Shown: positions 37,756 to 47,073 of the stretch, piece after piece
How the letters are laid out: every line of letters begins with the position of its first letter
How positions within the stretch are numbered: position 1 is the first letter of the stretch
NCBI GenBank assembly: GCA_018335275.1
Contig: JAGXKM010000004.1
Coordinates: 1 to 58,903 of the forward strand
From: Anaerolineales bacterium
GTDB taxonomy: Bacteria > Chloroflexota > Anaerolineae > Anaerolineales > UBA11858
DNA: 58,903 nt
Reading direction: 5' to 3'
Notes under the pieces: model-generated
Databases searched by the model: none
What the model was told of the DNA's origin: nothing
Seen by the model: the letters and a program-made list of their open reading frames with translations, nothing else
Translations under genes and position numbers: made by a program

Positions 37756-38627
37756 TGATGGCTCTCCTCTATCTGACAGCTGTTGTCTTCGGGGGGGTGA
37801 TATTTACCACATTTCTTGTCCTGGACACCATGATCGATCGCCGGGCGAGAGTCCGAGCAGAAAAGCGTTTAGGTCCGGCAGAAAAACGGGAGTTCAGATC
37901 CAGAAGAGATCCCTTATTGGCCGTTTTGCAGATGGTTGAAGCTCCGGAATTTTTTGATCGCTGGGTGGATGGAAGAGATGTGGTCCAATCCGGAATAGAT
38001 TTGGATGCCAGGCAATTTAAATCGTTGTGGTGGATCCTGGTTCTGGGAGGAACTTGCCTGGGAGTTACGGGTTTTTTGGCAGGGTTGGTGGATATAGGAT
38101 GGGTGACCCTGGAAATCTCGTTAGTCCTTCTGGCGATGATAGGGCCTTATCTCTTTCTTTTATGGCGTATCAAAAAAAGAGAGCGGGCGGTGACCCGAGA
38201 GCTGCCGGACTTTTTGGATATGCTGACCTTCACGATCGATGCGGGTCTGGGGTTTGTCCCCGCTCTGCGGAGGGTTAGTAAAGGATACACGGGGATATTT
38301 GGGGAGGAGATAAAACAGGTATTAGTGCAGATCGAGTTGGGATTTTCCAGGCATGAAGCGCTGGAAGATTTGGCCAGCAGACTTCCTTCTGCGGATGTGG
38401 AACAATTGGTGGAAGCGATCAACCTGTCGGAGCAATTGGGAACATCCCTGGGTAGGACGCTTCGGATCCAAGCAAATCTGATGCGGACCCGCCGGCGTCA
38501 GCGAGCGGAGGTCAAAGCCCAAACAGCGCCTATTCGGATTATCCCGGCGTTGGTGTTTTTCTTCCTGCCCAGTTTGCTGTTAATATATCTCGCTCCGCCT
38601 ATCATAAATTTCCTCTTCCGGCGTTGA
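37752..38627 (+). CDS. tadC: Tad inner-membrane platform protein TadC
   Basis: ELPDFLDML, AGLGF, EQLGTS, RRQRAE, PALVFFFLP. Confidence 0.88.
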   Translation: MMMALLYLTAVVFGGVIFTTFLVLDTMIDRRARVRAEKRLGPAEKREFRSRRDPLLAVLQMVEAPEFFDRWVDGRDVVQSGIDLDARQFKSLWWILVLGGTCLGVTGFLAGLVDIGWVTLEISLVLLAMIGPYLFLLWRIKKRERAVTRELPDFLDMLTFTIDAGLGFVPALRRVSKGYTGIFGEEIKQVLVQIELGFSRHEALEDLASRLPSADVEQLVEAINLSEQLGTSLGRTLRIQANLMRTRRRQRAEVKAQTAPIRIIPALVFFFLPSLLLIYLAPPIINFLFRR

Positions 38628-38650
38628 GGTGATGGAGGGTTCATGTCCTG

Positions 38651-39085
38651 ATGGGAAAACGAAAAGACAACCATAAGCTTAAGGGTCAGGCGTTGGTCGA
38701 GTTTGCTTTTGTGCTGCCCATTCTATTGTTGTTGATGGTGGCTTTAATTGACTTCGGGGTCCTTTTTTACACGCAAATGGCGGTCACCCACGCAGCCTGG
38801 GAAGGGGCGCGAGCTGGGGCGACGATCGTGGATCCGAGTCAGGGGGATCAGGAAATTATCGGCGCAGTGCATCGTGCTGCGTATGGTTTAGATCCGAACC
38901 GGCTGATTATCGACATTGATCCGGAGCAGGATGACCCCCCCCGCAACCAGCCTTTTCCCGCGCCCAGGGGTGAACAAATCACGGTGACGGTCAAATATGA
39001 GATGAATCTTGCCCTGCCGAGTATCGAGATCCCACTCACAGGACGAGCTGTAACCCGGATGGAATATCAAAATCATGAGAAGTAA
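38651..39085 (+). CDS. tadE: TadE-like pseudopilin
   Basis: Prepilin motif KG/QALVEF, hydrophobic helix, AAWEGARAG. Confidence 0.9.
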   Translation: MGKRKDNHKLKGQALVEFAFVLPILLLLMVALIDFGVLFYTQMAVTHAAWEGARAGATIVDPSQGDQEIIGAVHRAAYGLDPNRLIIDIDPEQDDPPRNQPFPAPRGEQITVTVKYEMNLALPSIEIPLTGRAVTRMEYQNHEK

Positions 39086-39653
39086 CGAGCAAGGGCAGGT
39101 TGTGATCATCGTAGCTGTGATCTTGATGGTGACTCTGTTTTTTTTAGCTGTGATCATTGATGGGGCCCGGTTGATGGTTGAAAGGCAAGAATTGAAACGA
39201 GCTGCGGACGCCGCGGCGAAAGCAGGCCTGGTGGTCGTGGGGGATAGGATGGTGACCCAGGTCATCCAGGCCCAGACTGCAGAGGCAAGTGTGACTGTTA
39301 CCCCCACTCCCGTGGGGAGCACGCCGGGCGTGACACCTACCGCGACATCTTCTTCCGGTATATTTTATGATTGGTTGGATGATGATCACAGGGCGACATT
39401 GGTCGCACCGCCCATGCAAACCCTCGTGGCTACGCAGTCTGTGGGGTATGCGGAAATGAATGGGTTAGGTCCTTCAAACCCATTGGTTCTGGAGTTCGAT
39501 GTGGCCTTTCCTTACCAGTATGATCCCGGGGGTCAGCATCTGAAAATACATGTCCGGATTCGGCGGAAAGTGACAGTGATGTTTTCTTCCTTATTAGGAA
39601 TTGAAGAAGGAGTACTGTCTGGAGAGTCAAAGCAAAGTATCCCCCAGAGATAG
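39075..39653 (+). CDS. Tad domain (TadG-like) pseudopilin with Pro/Thr linker
   Basis: EQG/QVVII, IDGAR, ELKRAADAAAKAG. Confidence 0.8.
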   Translation: MRSNEQGQVVIIVAVILMVTLFFLAVIIDGARLMVERQELKRAADAAAKAGLVVVGDRMVTQVIQAQTAEASVTVTPTPVGSTPGVTPTATSSSGIFYDWLDDDHRATLVAPPMQTLVATQSVGYAEMNGLGPSNPLVLEFDVAFPYQYDPGGQHLKIHVRIRRKVTVMFSSLLGIEEGVLSGESKQSIPQR

Positions 39654-39660
39654 GATCCAA

Positions 39661-40248
39661 ATGTGGCTTTTTCTTGTCCGGATTGCCCCGTCTCTGGTAT
39701 TGGCGGGTTTGATTTCTGGTCTGGGTCATTACATTGGAAAATGGATCCCCGAAGCCGGGTGGATTTATCTATTAGGGGCCACCTGGGGGTTTTTTGTTGG
39801 CATGTATATCCTAGAGCAAGAACCGGTTTGGAATACCCTTTTATTTCTGGGATTTGCGATGTCCTCTGGGGCATTATTGCGAGGGATAGATTATGAGGGC
39901 GTTCTAAGCAGGGTTTGGCTGACCCTGATAGGGGGAATTTCTGCTTCTTTTGTCTGGGGGTTATTTTCAGGTCCAATGCCCACGCGTGCAGCGGGATATC
40001 TTTTCCCATTGACAATTCTTTACCTCCTAGGATGGATATTGTTGTCAATCTTGTCCCTGCCTTCTGGGTGGCTGGTCTTTTGGGCAGGTTTGGGGCTGAT
40101 GCTTTTTCTTTTAATCGCTGTCTCGATTTTCAATAAGGGGAAGATGAAGGGTGGGGAGGGAAGTCCTGTCCCTCTGGCCAGCGACCTTTTTGTGGTTGGC
40201 TTCAACTTCTTCTGGTTGGCGGCTGTCTTCTGGGGTGCGCTAAGCTGA
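39661..40248 (+). CDS. Polytopic membrane protein, possibly divergent Bax-inhibitor-1/YccA-like
   Basis: About 7 hydrophobic segments; C-terminal LASDLFVVGFNFF resembles the BI-1 terminal helix; 7 nt after previous stop. Confidence 0.65.
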   Translation: MWLFLVRIAPSLVLAGLISGLGHYIGKWIPEAGWIYLLGATWGFFVGMYILEQEPVWNTLLFLGFAMSSGALLRGIDYEGVLSRVWLTLIGGISASFVWGLFSGPMPTRAAGYLFPLTILYLLGWILLSILSLPSGWLVFWAGLGLMLFLLIAVSIFNKGKMKGGEGSPVPLASDLFVVGFNFFWLAAVFWGALS

Positions 40249-40523
40249 AGTGGTTTTAATCTGATTTTAGAGATATAGTTGGGAAAGGAATTCGCTGACA
40301 TGGTTGGAGAGATCCGACATGGATCAGGTCAGAGAAGGTTCACAGGGAGCGCCTCAGTTTGGGTCAGCCTTTATCGTTTTTCTGCTGGCACTTTTGAGGG
40401 GGAAGCGTTGCTTGGGGAAAAAATCAATAAGGGGATGGAGAAGAAGCATTAAAATTTTTCCGCGCGGCAGGGTATTTCTCGGCTGCACCGAGAAGAAACG
40501 GGATTCTTAAAAGCAGTGGAAAT

Positions 40524-41105
40524 ATGAAGAAGAAGCGAAAACTCCTTGGAAAGGTCTTTTTGGGCGTCCTGCTCCTGTTGGTCGCCTTTGTCCTTTTCCT
40601 AGAAATTGGGAGCAGGCGTTATATGAAAAAACATGTTCCCCAAAGGTCCTTCGATTTTGTGGTTTGTGATCAGTCGAAATACCCGGTAGATGAAGACAAA
40701 ATCCAGGTATTAAAGGGGTTGGTTGGAGCCAGGAGGGAGGGACAGGCGATCACGCAGGAGGATCTGAATCGGGCCATGATCGTGGTCCGGGAAGAGGACA
40801 TGACCCATATCAACGGTGTGTACTGCAATGGGTTGATATACGTCAGCGAGGCGCTGCCGGAAAAGGCAATGTATTACGTGGCGCGCCATGAACTGGAGCA
40901 TGTTTTCCAGCACAGGGGAGTCGCCAGGGAGTGCGACAATGATGAGTTTTGTGCGAATTGGATCGCTGGATCAGAGTATCCTCTGGGTTTACTGCAGACG
41001 ATCTTTTCTTCCCTGATCAGAGCTTATCATCTTTACCCGTCCGTGTGGGTCTTTCTGTATGGATCCTGGCGGATTTTCAGGTATTATTTTCTGGGGCTGG
41101 GGTGA
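40524..41105 (+). CDS. Membrane-anchored protein with HExxH zincin-like motif
   Basis: Basic N-terminus plus TM; NGVY..IYV, RHELEH, downstream EFCAN. Confidence 0.75.
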   Translation: MKKKRKLLGKVFLGVLLLLVAFVLFLEIGSRRYMKKHVPQRSFDFVVCDQSKYPVDEDKIQVLKGLVGARREGQAITQEDLNRAMIVVREEDMTHINGVYCNGLIYVSEALPEKAMYYVARHELEHVFQHRGVARECDNDEFCANWIAGSEYPLGLLQTIFSSLIRAYHLYPSVWVFLYGSWRIFRYYFLGLG

Positions 41106-41257
41106 GTTCGCAGCTTCTTCATCTTTACTTGTTTTCAGCGTTTGATCTACATCAGGACTGTGGGGTCCACCCTGGGGTGGATAGTTCTGTACAAAATGTG
41201 TTTTACTGTGTTATAAAAAAGGTGACAGCCAAGGGATGAAGTGATGAGGAGGGCAGG

Positions 41258-41776
41258 ATGGCCGGAATAAAAAAGGGTGGGGTCCAGTTCTGGCATGTGA
41301 TGGTGGTTTCCGGACTGGTGTTGATGGTGATTGGGTTGGTGCTCATTCTTCTTCCAAACGGGGTAGGGCAGTCGGGTACGATCACCCTTAAAATATTCGG
41401 CGCCAGTTTTGAAGGCAGCGAAATGGGCCTGGCTCTGGTTGTCCTGGCGATCGTCTGTTTTCTAATCGGCCAGAAGGACCGGGCAGACACCCAGAAATAT
41501 CAATCCATGCGCAAAGACCTTCAGAAAACAAGTAAAATCACAGCAAAACTGGTAGCCGACAGTGTGGAGCAGTCGCTGCAAAAGGTTCCCGGTGATGCCA
41601 GCGAATGGATGAAGGATCGAGCACTGGATTGGGAGGATTATCAGGAAGAACTGCAGGTCCTTCAAGACTGGGAAGAGGATGTGCTTGAAGATGAGCATGC
41701 CTTACGCCACGCTGAACGGGGGATAGAACTTCTGGAAGCCTTGGAGCGCGAAGGCTATTCCTTCAAACAAAAATAA
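41258..41776 (+). CDS. Hypothetical protein, two N-terminal TM helices and an acidic helical tail
   Basis: GGAGG RBS, 172-aa ORF. Confidence 0.75.
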   Translation: MAGIKKGGVQFWHVMVVSGLVLMVIGLVLILLPNGVGQSGTITLKIFGASFEGSEMGLALVVLAIVCFLIGQKDRADTQKYQSMRKDLQKTSKITAKLVADSVEQSLQKVPGDASEWMKDRALDWEDYQEELQVLQDWEEDVLEDEHALRHAERGIELLEALEREGYSFKQK

Positions 41777-41817
41777 AAGCATAAAGTGTTTTTCAGATGG
41801 GGAAACAGGAACAAAGA

Positions 41818-41841
41818 AACGGATCCCTTCCGGGATCCGTT
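41818..41841. terminator. Hairpin between convergent CDS and tRNA-Lys
   Basis: AACGGATCCC-TTCC-GGGATCCGTT perfect 10-bp stem. Confidence 0.6.
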
Positions 41842-41883
41842 CATGATTTCTCTGGCAACCACGATCATTTTAAAAGACGCAGG

Positions 41884-41955
41884 TGAGCGTGGAGGGAATC
41901 GAACCCACAACCAATGGCTTAAAAGGCCACTGCTCTGCCATTGAGCTACACGCCC
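41884..41955 (-). tRNA. tRNA-Lys(TTT)
   Basis: GGGCGTGTAGCTCAATGGCAGAGC..anticodon loop CTTTTAA..GGTTCGATTCC..CACGCTCA; TTGACG-N17-TAAAAT promoter upstream. Confidence 0.95.
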
Positions 41956-42389
41956 ACTGCTGGGAGATTTTATCATGTGTGGCAATACCCGTCAACATTT
42001 TTCCTCAAGGGTAGGTTTCCTTTGGTGATTTATCCACAATCAAAAGGGTTCAGATCCCCGAATTTGTAGCAATCATCGCCCCTCAAGTGGCCAAATGAAG
42101 GTAACAAACAGGCCGGGGATGGGGGACCATGCTGATGTGGATCAAGGTGCATACGCTTGGGGGGTGATCGGGTGAATACTACCAGATATAGGGGTGTTCA
42201 GTCATTTTTGGCACAATAATTGCATCCTCACTGGCAGAGCTGATCATAGAATGTGTATCTGGGAACCAATGGGAATTCAAAATGGAATCTTTTTAGGTTT
42301 GGATTCTATATTCCTGATCAGGGTAGGGTTTCCCCGGGGCTTCCCGTAAACCCTAAGTGCGCGATTTAGTTTAGCAGGGAAGGGGTAAG

Positions 42390-42584
42390 ATGTCCAAAAA
42401 GATGAAGTTTTTATGGTGTCCTGTGTGTATGGTACATACCTATCATCAGGAAAGCGAAGATGGTTGGTTGTGTGTCAATGAAGATCACGATCTGTTCTTG
42501 CAAAAGAGAAGTGACCCTTGGATCGAGAAGTACCGGGCCAACGATAAAATGCTTGCTGTTTCCTTGAAGGAGGCTGAAGGCTAG
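42390..42584 (+). CDS. Small putative Zn-ribbon protein (64 aa)
   Basis: GGAAGGGG RBS; CPVC..H..H..WLC..H. Confidence 0.6.
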   Translation: MSKKMKFLWCPVCMVHTYHQESEDGWLCVNEDHDLFLQKRSDPWIEKYRANDKMLAVSLKEAEG

Positions 42585-42667
42585 ACAGCGGTCCGTAGCT
42601 TGGTTCCTTCTCGGTGTTTTTACATAGTGCTTTAGGGGGTGATCCTTGACTGCAATTCCTGTTGCCT

Positions 42668-44260
42668 TCAATCCCAGATGTTGGGTTTGCAGTATTCTCG
42701 CTCACCATTGATGAGCACATACCAGACATCATTTTCACGGTAGGTAAGGTAATCTTTCCAAAGGGACTGGTTTTGGGAAAGTTCTAATTTTGCGCGGTAA
42801 CGCGACCAGATGAACCCCTGCCAGGTGGGGGGTCGGTCCCGCAGCAGGGCTGCCCGGCAGGCCAGGGAAGCTGATAATTCACGCCGTTGGTCTGTGGCCA
42901 GCCGGGGGCTGTCTGCAAGGCGTATCAGCTGGGGGACAGCATCATTGGAAAGCCCCTTAAGATAATGGATGTCCAGGGGAGTATCTTCCCCGTGGCGGGT
43001 GAAGTTTCGTTGGGCGATGAAGCTGTCGACGTTGATCATGTTGAGCGTGATCACGAAGCCTATCAGGGTGATAAGAGCGGCGAGGGTGAAGTGCCGCCAC
43101 CGATGGAGGATCTCCAGGATCAGGATCCCCAGGAACAGGACCCCAATCCAGAGGATGCAGATATGGGCGTAAGTTCGCAGGCGGGTGAAACCATAGGCAA
43201 TTTCATACAGGCGCAGACGCTGGAAAGAGGAAACGAGAATGACGCCTATAAAAACCGTTAATAAGGCAGTTAAACCAGTGAAGACCTTTTTTTCTCGAGG
43301 GGATTCTCTGTTGGTGATGGAACTTAAAAGCATAAAAAGGAGGAGCGTGATGAATGCTGCCGCCAGCAGCTCCCCGAAACCCCGCCGGGCGTATTCAGCA
43401 TATGTATAACCTTGGAGGGTAATGTTGCTTTCCCCGCCAAAGAAATACCGGAATTGGATAAATACAAATGAAAAGAAGAGCAGGTTCACGCTGCCAAGGA
43501 CGATCGCGGCCTCTGTGAAACCGAGGAATCTCGGGGGCCAGGAATCACCCTCTCCAATCAGTGACTCCTCTTTGCTTTTCAGGATGGCGTAAAGGCTCAG
43601 TCCGCCAGTCAAGAATGTCCAAATCATGATCAAAACCAGGCGTCCGATGTACTCAGGAAGCCTTTCCAATTTCAGATATTCAGTCAGATCCTGCAGGCGG
43701 TCTGCGAAGATAGGGTCCGCAGCAGCAAAGAGGGCAGCGAAGACAGCGAGAATGGGGAGGGCGAGCACGACTCCTCTCAGGTAGGGGAAGATCCGTTTCC
43801 AAAATGAGGGGCCTGACCCAGTTTTCTGATCCTTATCATTCTCACCTTCCTTTCCTTTCTTGTCCATGAGCAGTTTGATGGGTAAGATCAATGCCTGGAA
43901 GAAGAGTTTAAATCCACCCGCCACATAATCGACCAGACTATAGTGGAACCAGCGTCCACCGCGAAAGGTGAGGAGCAGGATCGCGAACAAACCCAACGAA
44001 GTGAGGTGGTTCAGCGCCCGAGTGAAGGGTTCCTGGCGGATGAAAGTCAGGAAAGAAAAGACCAGGAGGGCCCCAAGCACCCACAGGCTTCCAGCTGCAG
44101 GGCGCTTGTCCTCCCTTTGGGCCAGGTAGATAAGCGTGCCCACGGAGATCAAGATGTGAATGGCGAATGATATCCCCAGCGGTTTTTTCCAGTAGAAAAA
44201 ATCGAATCCCCATCCGATGAGAAACGCAGCAGCCCAGAAAACTTTCTTGTTTTTGATCAT
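42668..44260 (-). CDS. DUF4173/DUF4153-family polytopic membrane protein
   Basis: FAAADPIF, IQFRYFFGG, YAEYARRGFGEL, RLRLYEIAYGFTRLR, DIHYLKGLSNDA. Confidence 0.85.
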   Translation of the reverse strand: MIKNKKVFWAAAFLIGWGFDFFYWKKPLGISFAIHILISVGTLIYLAQREDKRPAAGSLWVLGALLVFSFLTFIRQEPFTRALNHLTSLGLFAILLLTFRGGRWFHYSLVDYVAGGFKLFFQALILPIKLLMDKKGKEGENDKDQKTGSGPSFWKRIFPYLRGVVLALPILAVFAALFAAADPIFADRLQDLTEYLKLERLPEYIGRLVLIMIWTFLTGGLSLYAILKSKEESLIGEGDSWPPRFLGFTEAAIVLGSVNLLFFSFVFIQFRYFFGGESNITLQGYTYAEYARRGFGELLAAAFITLLLFMLLSSITNRESPREKKVFTGLTALLTVFIGVILVSSFQRLRLYEIAYGFTRLRTYAHICILWIGVLFLGILILEILHRWRHFTLAALITLIGFVITLNMINVDSFIAQRNFTRHGEDTPLDIHYLKGLSNDAVPQLIRLADSPRLATDQRRELSASLACRAALLRDRPPTWQGFIWSRYRAKLELSQNQSLWKDYLTYRENDVWYVLINGEREYCKPNIWD

Positions 44261-44682
44261 ATAGAACAACCTTTTCTAAACCTGATGTTTTTCATCCCTT
44301 GTGGGGACTCCTCTCTTGATTTGCAGCGAGATCATGGCGCCCGGAGTATACAGCATGTGACTGAGAAAGAATTCCTTGGTCAACAAATATGCCAAAACGC
44401 TTGGCCGAAAGTATTCTAGCATGGTAGAGTAGATTTTTTTCATCTTGGGGGAATATGAGAGAATTTTGATCGCTGTTGAGAGCAAATGAGAGTCTTTCCT
44501 TCGCCCAATTTCGTTTTCTGGAATGTATCCAGGAGGAGAGAGGGGAAAGTAAGCTCCTGTTTGATAGGCATGGGGGGATAAATTCGGAGTGGTGTTTTTT
44601 TATCCACCGCCGAGAAATTTACTTCGAAGTCAACGCTGGGACTATGTTCCAAGCAGGGTAGGAGAAACTCGATGAGGAAAAT

Positions 44683-44718
44683 AAAAAAAACCAGCACCCC
44701 GCTTTGGGGGCTGGTTTC
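44683..44718 (-). terminator. Intrinsic terminator downstream of uvrC and the 33-aa ORF
   Basis: Minus strand AAACCAGCCCCC-AAAGC-GGGGTGCTGGTTTTTTTT. Confidence 0.7.
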
Positions 44719-44784
44719 CTGGACAAGGGGAACGGTTGGTTTGAGATATCCCCTTTGGTTGGGTAAATTTTTCGATGAGGGGGA

Positions 44785-44886
44785 TTAAAATCGAGCTACC
44801 ATGGATATGACCATCGATAAAACGATCAAAATACCGATCACGGCCATGATGATTTGTTGAAAGTTAGGGCGATTTCTGCGGGACAT
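44785..44886 (-). CDS. 33-aa single-TM microprotein MSRRNRPNFQQIIMAVIGILIVLSMVISMVARF
   Basis: AAGGAGG RBS, extended -10 TGCTAAAAT upstream, terminator downstream; below the ORF-track size cut-off. Confidence 0.75.
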   Translation of the reverse strand: MSRRNRPNFQQIIMAVIGILIVLSMVISMVARF

Positions 44887-44955
44887 AATCCTCCTTCTTT
44901 TGGATATCAATCTGTTCGTTCGTTTTCACGGACACATTTTAGCATGAGATGCTGA

Positions 44956-46818
44956 TTAGTCCAAGTGTTCTTTGATGGTGTGGGCTAGCTTGGTATGGAT
45001 TTTTGGGGTGGATGCAAGCTCTTCTAGTGACGCCTGACGGATGTTTTGGACGGTGTGGAACTTGTTGAGCAAAGCCCGCCTGCGTGCTGGGCCCACCCCG
45101 GGGATCTTTTCCAAACTGGATTGCAGTCCTTTGCGGCTGCGCCGTTTACGGTGAGATGCGATCGCGAAACGGTGAGCTTCATCCCGCACCCTTTGTAGGA
45201 GATGGAGGCCGGCGGAATCGCGTTCGAATCGCACAGGCCGGGACTGGCCGGGGAGATACACATCTTCGTTTCGTTTCGCCAATCCAGCCACAGCAAATGC
45301 ATCCTGCAAGTCAAATTCTTCGATGACCTCAAGGGACCGGTTCAGCTGGCCTTTACCGCCGTCCACCAAAAGTAAATCAGGCAGGGTGGAGAAAGATGGG
45401 TCAGGGTTGTATCCAGGTTGTCCTTGTCCTTTGATGAGCTCCCGCCACCGCCTGAAACGACGGCTGATGACCTCTTCCATGCTGGCATAATCGTCAGGGC
45501 CACTCACGCTGCGGATGTTAAACCTGCGGTAGTGGCTTTTCTGAGGGGAGCCGTCTTCAAAGACGACCATGCTTCCCACCTGGGCAGCACCCTGGGTGTT
45601 GGAGATGTCATAACACTCGATCCGCGCGGGCGGGGTAGGGAGGTCAAGATATGATTGCAGCTCATCCAGGGCCCGTTCACCTCTCTCCCGGATTGCTTTC
45701 TCTTGATTGCTGTGGGCGGCCAGCATTTCAGCAGCGTTTTCCGCAGCCATCTCAATCAGGCCTTCCTCCTCGGCGCTGTGCGGGATACGCATTTTAACTT
45801 TATCCCCGCCGCGTTTGCTGTCCAGCCATTTTTGAATGATCCGGGCTTCTTCCACCTCCCGGGGAAGAAGGATTTGAGGAGGGACGGAAGGAGCCTTGTC
45901 GTAAAATTGTTTGATCACCTCCGCGAGAATGTCCTTCTCGGGGGTGTTTTCAGTTCCCTCAACCAGGAAGTATTCTCGCCCTGTCAACTTGCCACCCCGG
46001 ATGAAAAAGACCTGGACGCAGGCTTCATCTTCTTCGCTGTGAATAGCCAGGACATCGGAGTCCTTGTATTCTGTGGATATAATGCGCTGTTCCTCGACGA
46101 TCCGCTCGATGGCGAACAACTGATCGCGGATTTGGCCTGCTTCTTCAAACCGGAGTTCGCTTGAAGCCTGATCCATCCTCTCCTGAAGGTGATCCACGAT
46201 GGGCTCCGTGCGGCCGTCGAGGAAATCAGCCAATTGCCCGATCATTTCACGGTATGCTTCCTGGCTGATCTCCCCGATGCAGGGTGCGGAGCACAGATCT
46301 ATGTCGTAATACAGGCACGCTCTCTGGTCTTCCCCGGTGATGGTGCGGCTGCAGGTCAGGTAGGGGAAAACGCGCCGGAGCACATCCAGGGTTTGGTCCA
46401 CAGCCCAGACGCTGGTATATGGTCCGAAATACCGGGAACCATCTCTCTTTACCTGCCGGGTTACGGTCACCTTGGGGTAAGGGTCCTGCCAATGGATTTT
46501 TATGTAAGGGTAGCGTTTGTCGTCTTTGAGCCGGACGTTGAAATGAGGTTGGTATTCTTTGATCAGGTTCATTTCCAGGATCAGAGCTTCCAGCTCGGAC
46601 TGGACGATGATCCAATCGATGTCCTGTATATGCCTGACCAGCTGGGCCGTGCGGGGGTTGCTCTGGGCACTGGCATGGAAGTAGGACCGCACCCGATGGC
46701 GGAGATCGACCGCTTTTCCGACGTAAATAACCTCCCCGTCACCGTCTTTCATCAGATAACAGCCGGTCTTATGAGGGATGGTATCCAGGATGCTCTGGAG
46801 GTGTTCTGAAATGTCCAT
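44956..46818 (-). CDS. uvrC: Excinuclease ABC subunit C
   Basis: GIY-YIG (GCYLM..IYVGKA), DDKRYPY, ECYDISN, DGGKGQ, RDEAHRFA, HhH PGVG. Confidence 0.97.
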   Translation of the reverse strand: MDISEHLQSILDTIPHKTGCYLMKDGDGEVIYVGKAVDLRHRVRSYFHASAQSNPRTAQLVRHIQDIDWIIVQSELEALILEMNLIKEYQPHFNVRLKDDKRYPYIKIHWQDPYPKVTVTRQVKRDGSRYFGPYTSVWAVDQTLDVLRRVFPYLTCSRTITGEDQRACLYYDIDLCSAPCIGEISQEAYREMIGQLADFLDGRTEPIVDHLQERMDQASSELRFEEAGQIRDQLFAIERIVEEQRIISTEYKDSDVLAIHSEEDEACVQVFFIRGGKLTGREYFLVEGTENTPEKDILAEVIKQFYDKAPSVPPQILLPREVEEARIIQKWLDSKRGGDKVKMRIPHSAEEEGLIEMAAENAAEMLAAHSNQEKAIRERGERALDELQSYLDLPTPPARIECYDISNTQGAAQVGSMVVFEDGSPQKSHYRRFNIRSVSGPDDYASMEEVISRRFRRWRELIKGQGQPGYNPDPSFSTLPDLLLVDGGKGQLNRSLEVIEEFDLQDAFAVAGLAKRNEDVYLPGQSRPVRFERDSAGLHLLQRVRDEAHRFAIASHRKRRSRKGLQSSLEKIPGVGPARRRALLNKFHTVQNIRQASLEELASTPKIHTKLAHTIKEHLD

Positions 46819-47073
46819 GGTGTGGAAATTTTATCATATTGGGGAACACCGCCCCTTTGGAGTGTCTTTCCACCGCTGTGAAGGATTTCCCCCAACAAAA
46901 GAGGGTGAGATCCTCAAAAAGCGGTCGTTTCGGTGACCAGGGCATGGACGAGCAGGGAGCAACTTCTCTGAAATGAAGATGTGTTCTGCCGCGCAGGCAG
47001 ATAGGAGGATATTCCTCCCTCTGGGTGCTTTCCGGAACTTGTCCTCGGCGTCCCTTCTTTGTATACTGGAAAT

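Noticed and set aside
40304-40510. ORF with REGSQGAPQFGSAFIVFLLALL resembling an Flp prepilin
   Set aside because: Lacks the essential G at -1 and E at +5, has a short hydrophobic stretch and a basic non-pilin tail; probably coincidence
41884-41930. tRNA-Lys 3' end as an att site of an integrated island
   Set aside because: No duplicated tRNA 3' fragment was found in the window and there is no integrase
44276-44697. Short ORFs in the intergenic region upstream of the DUF4173 gene
   Set aside because: Overlapping, non-ATG or RBS-less and without motifs; cannot be supported
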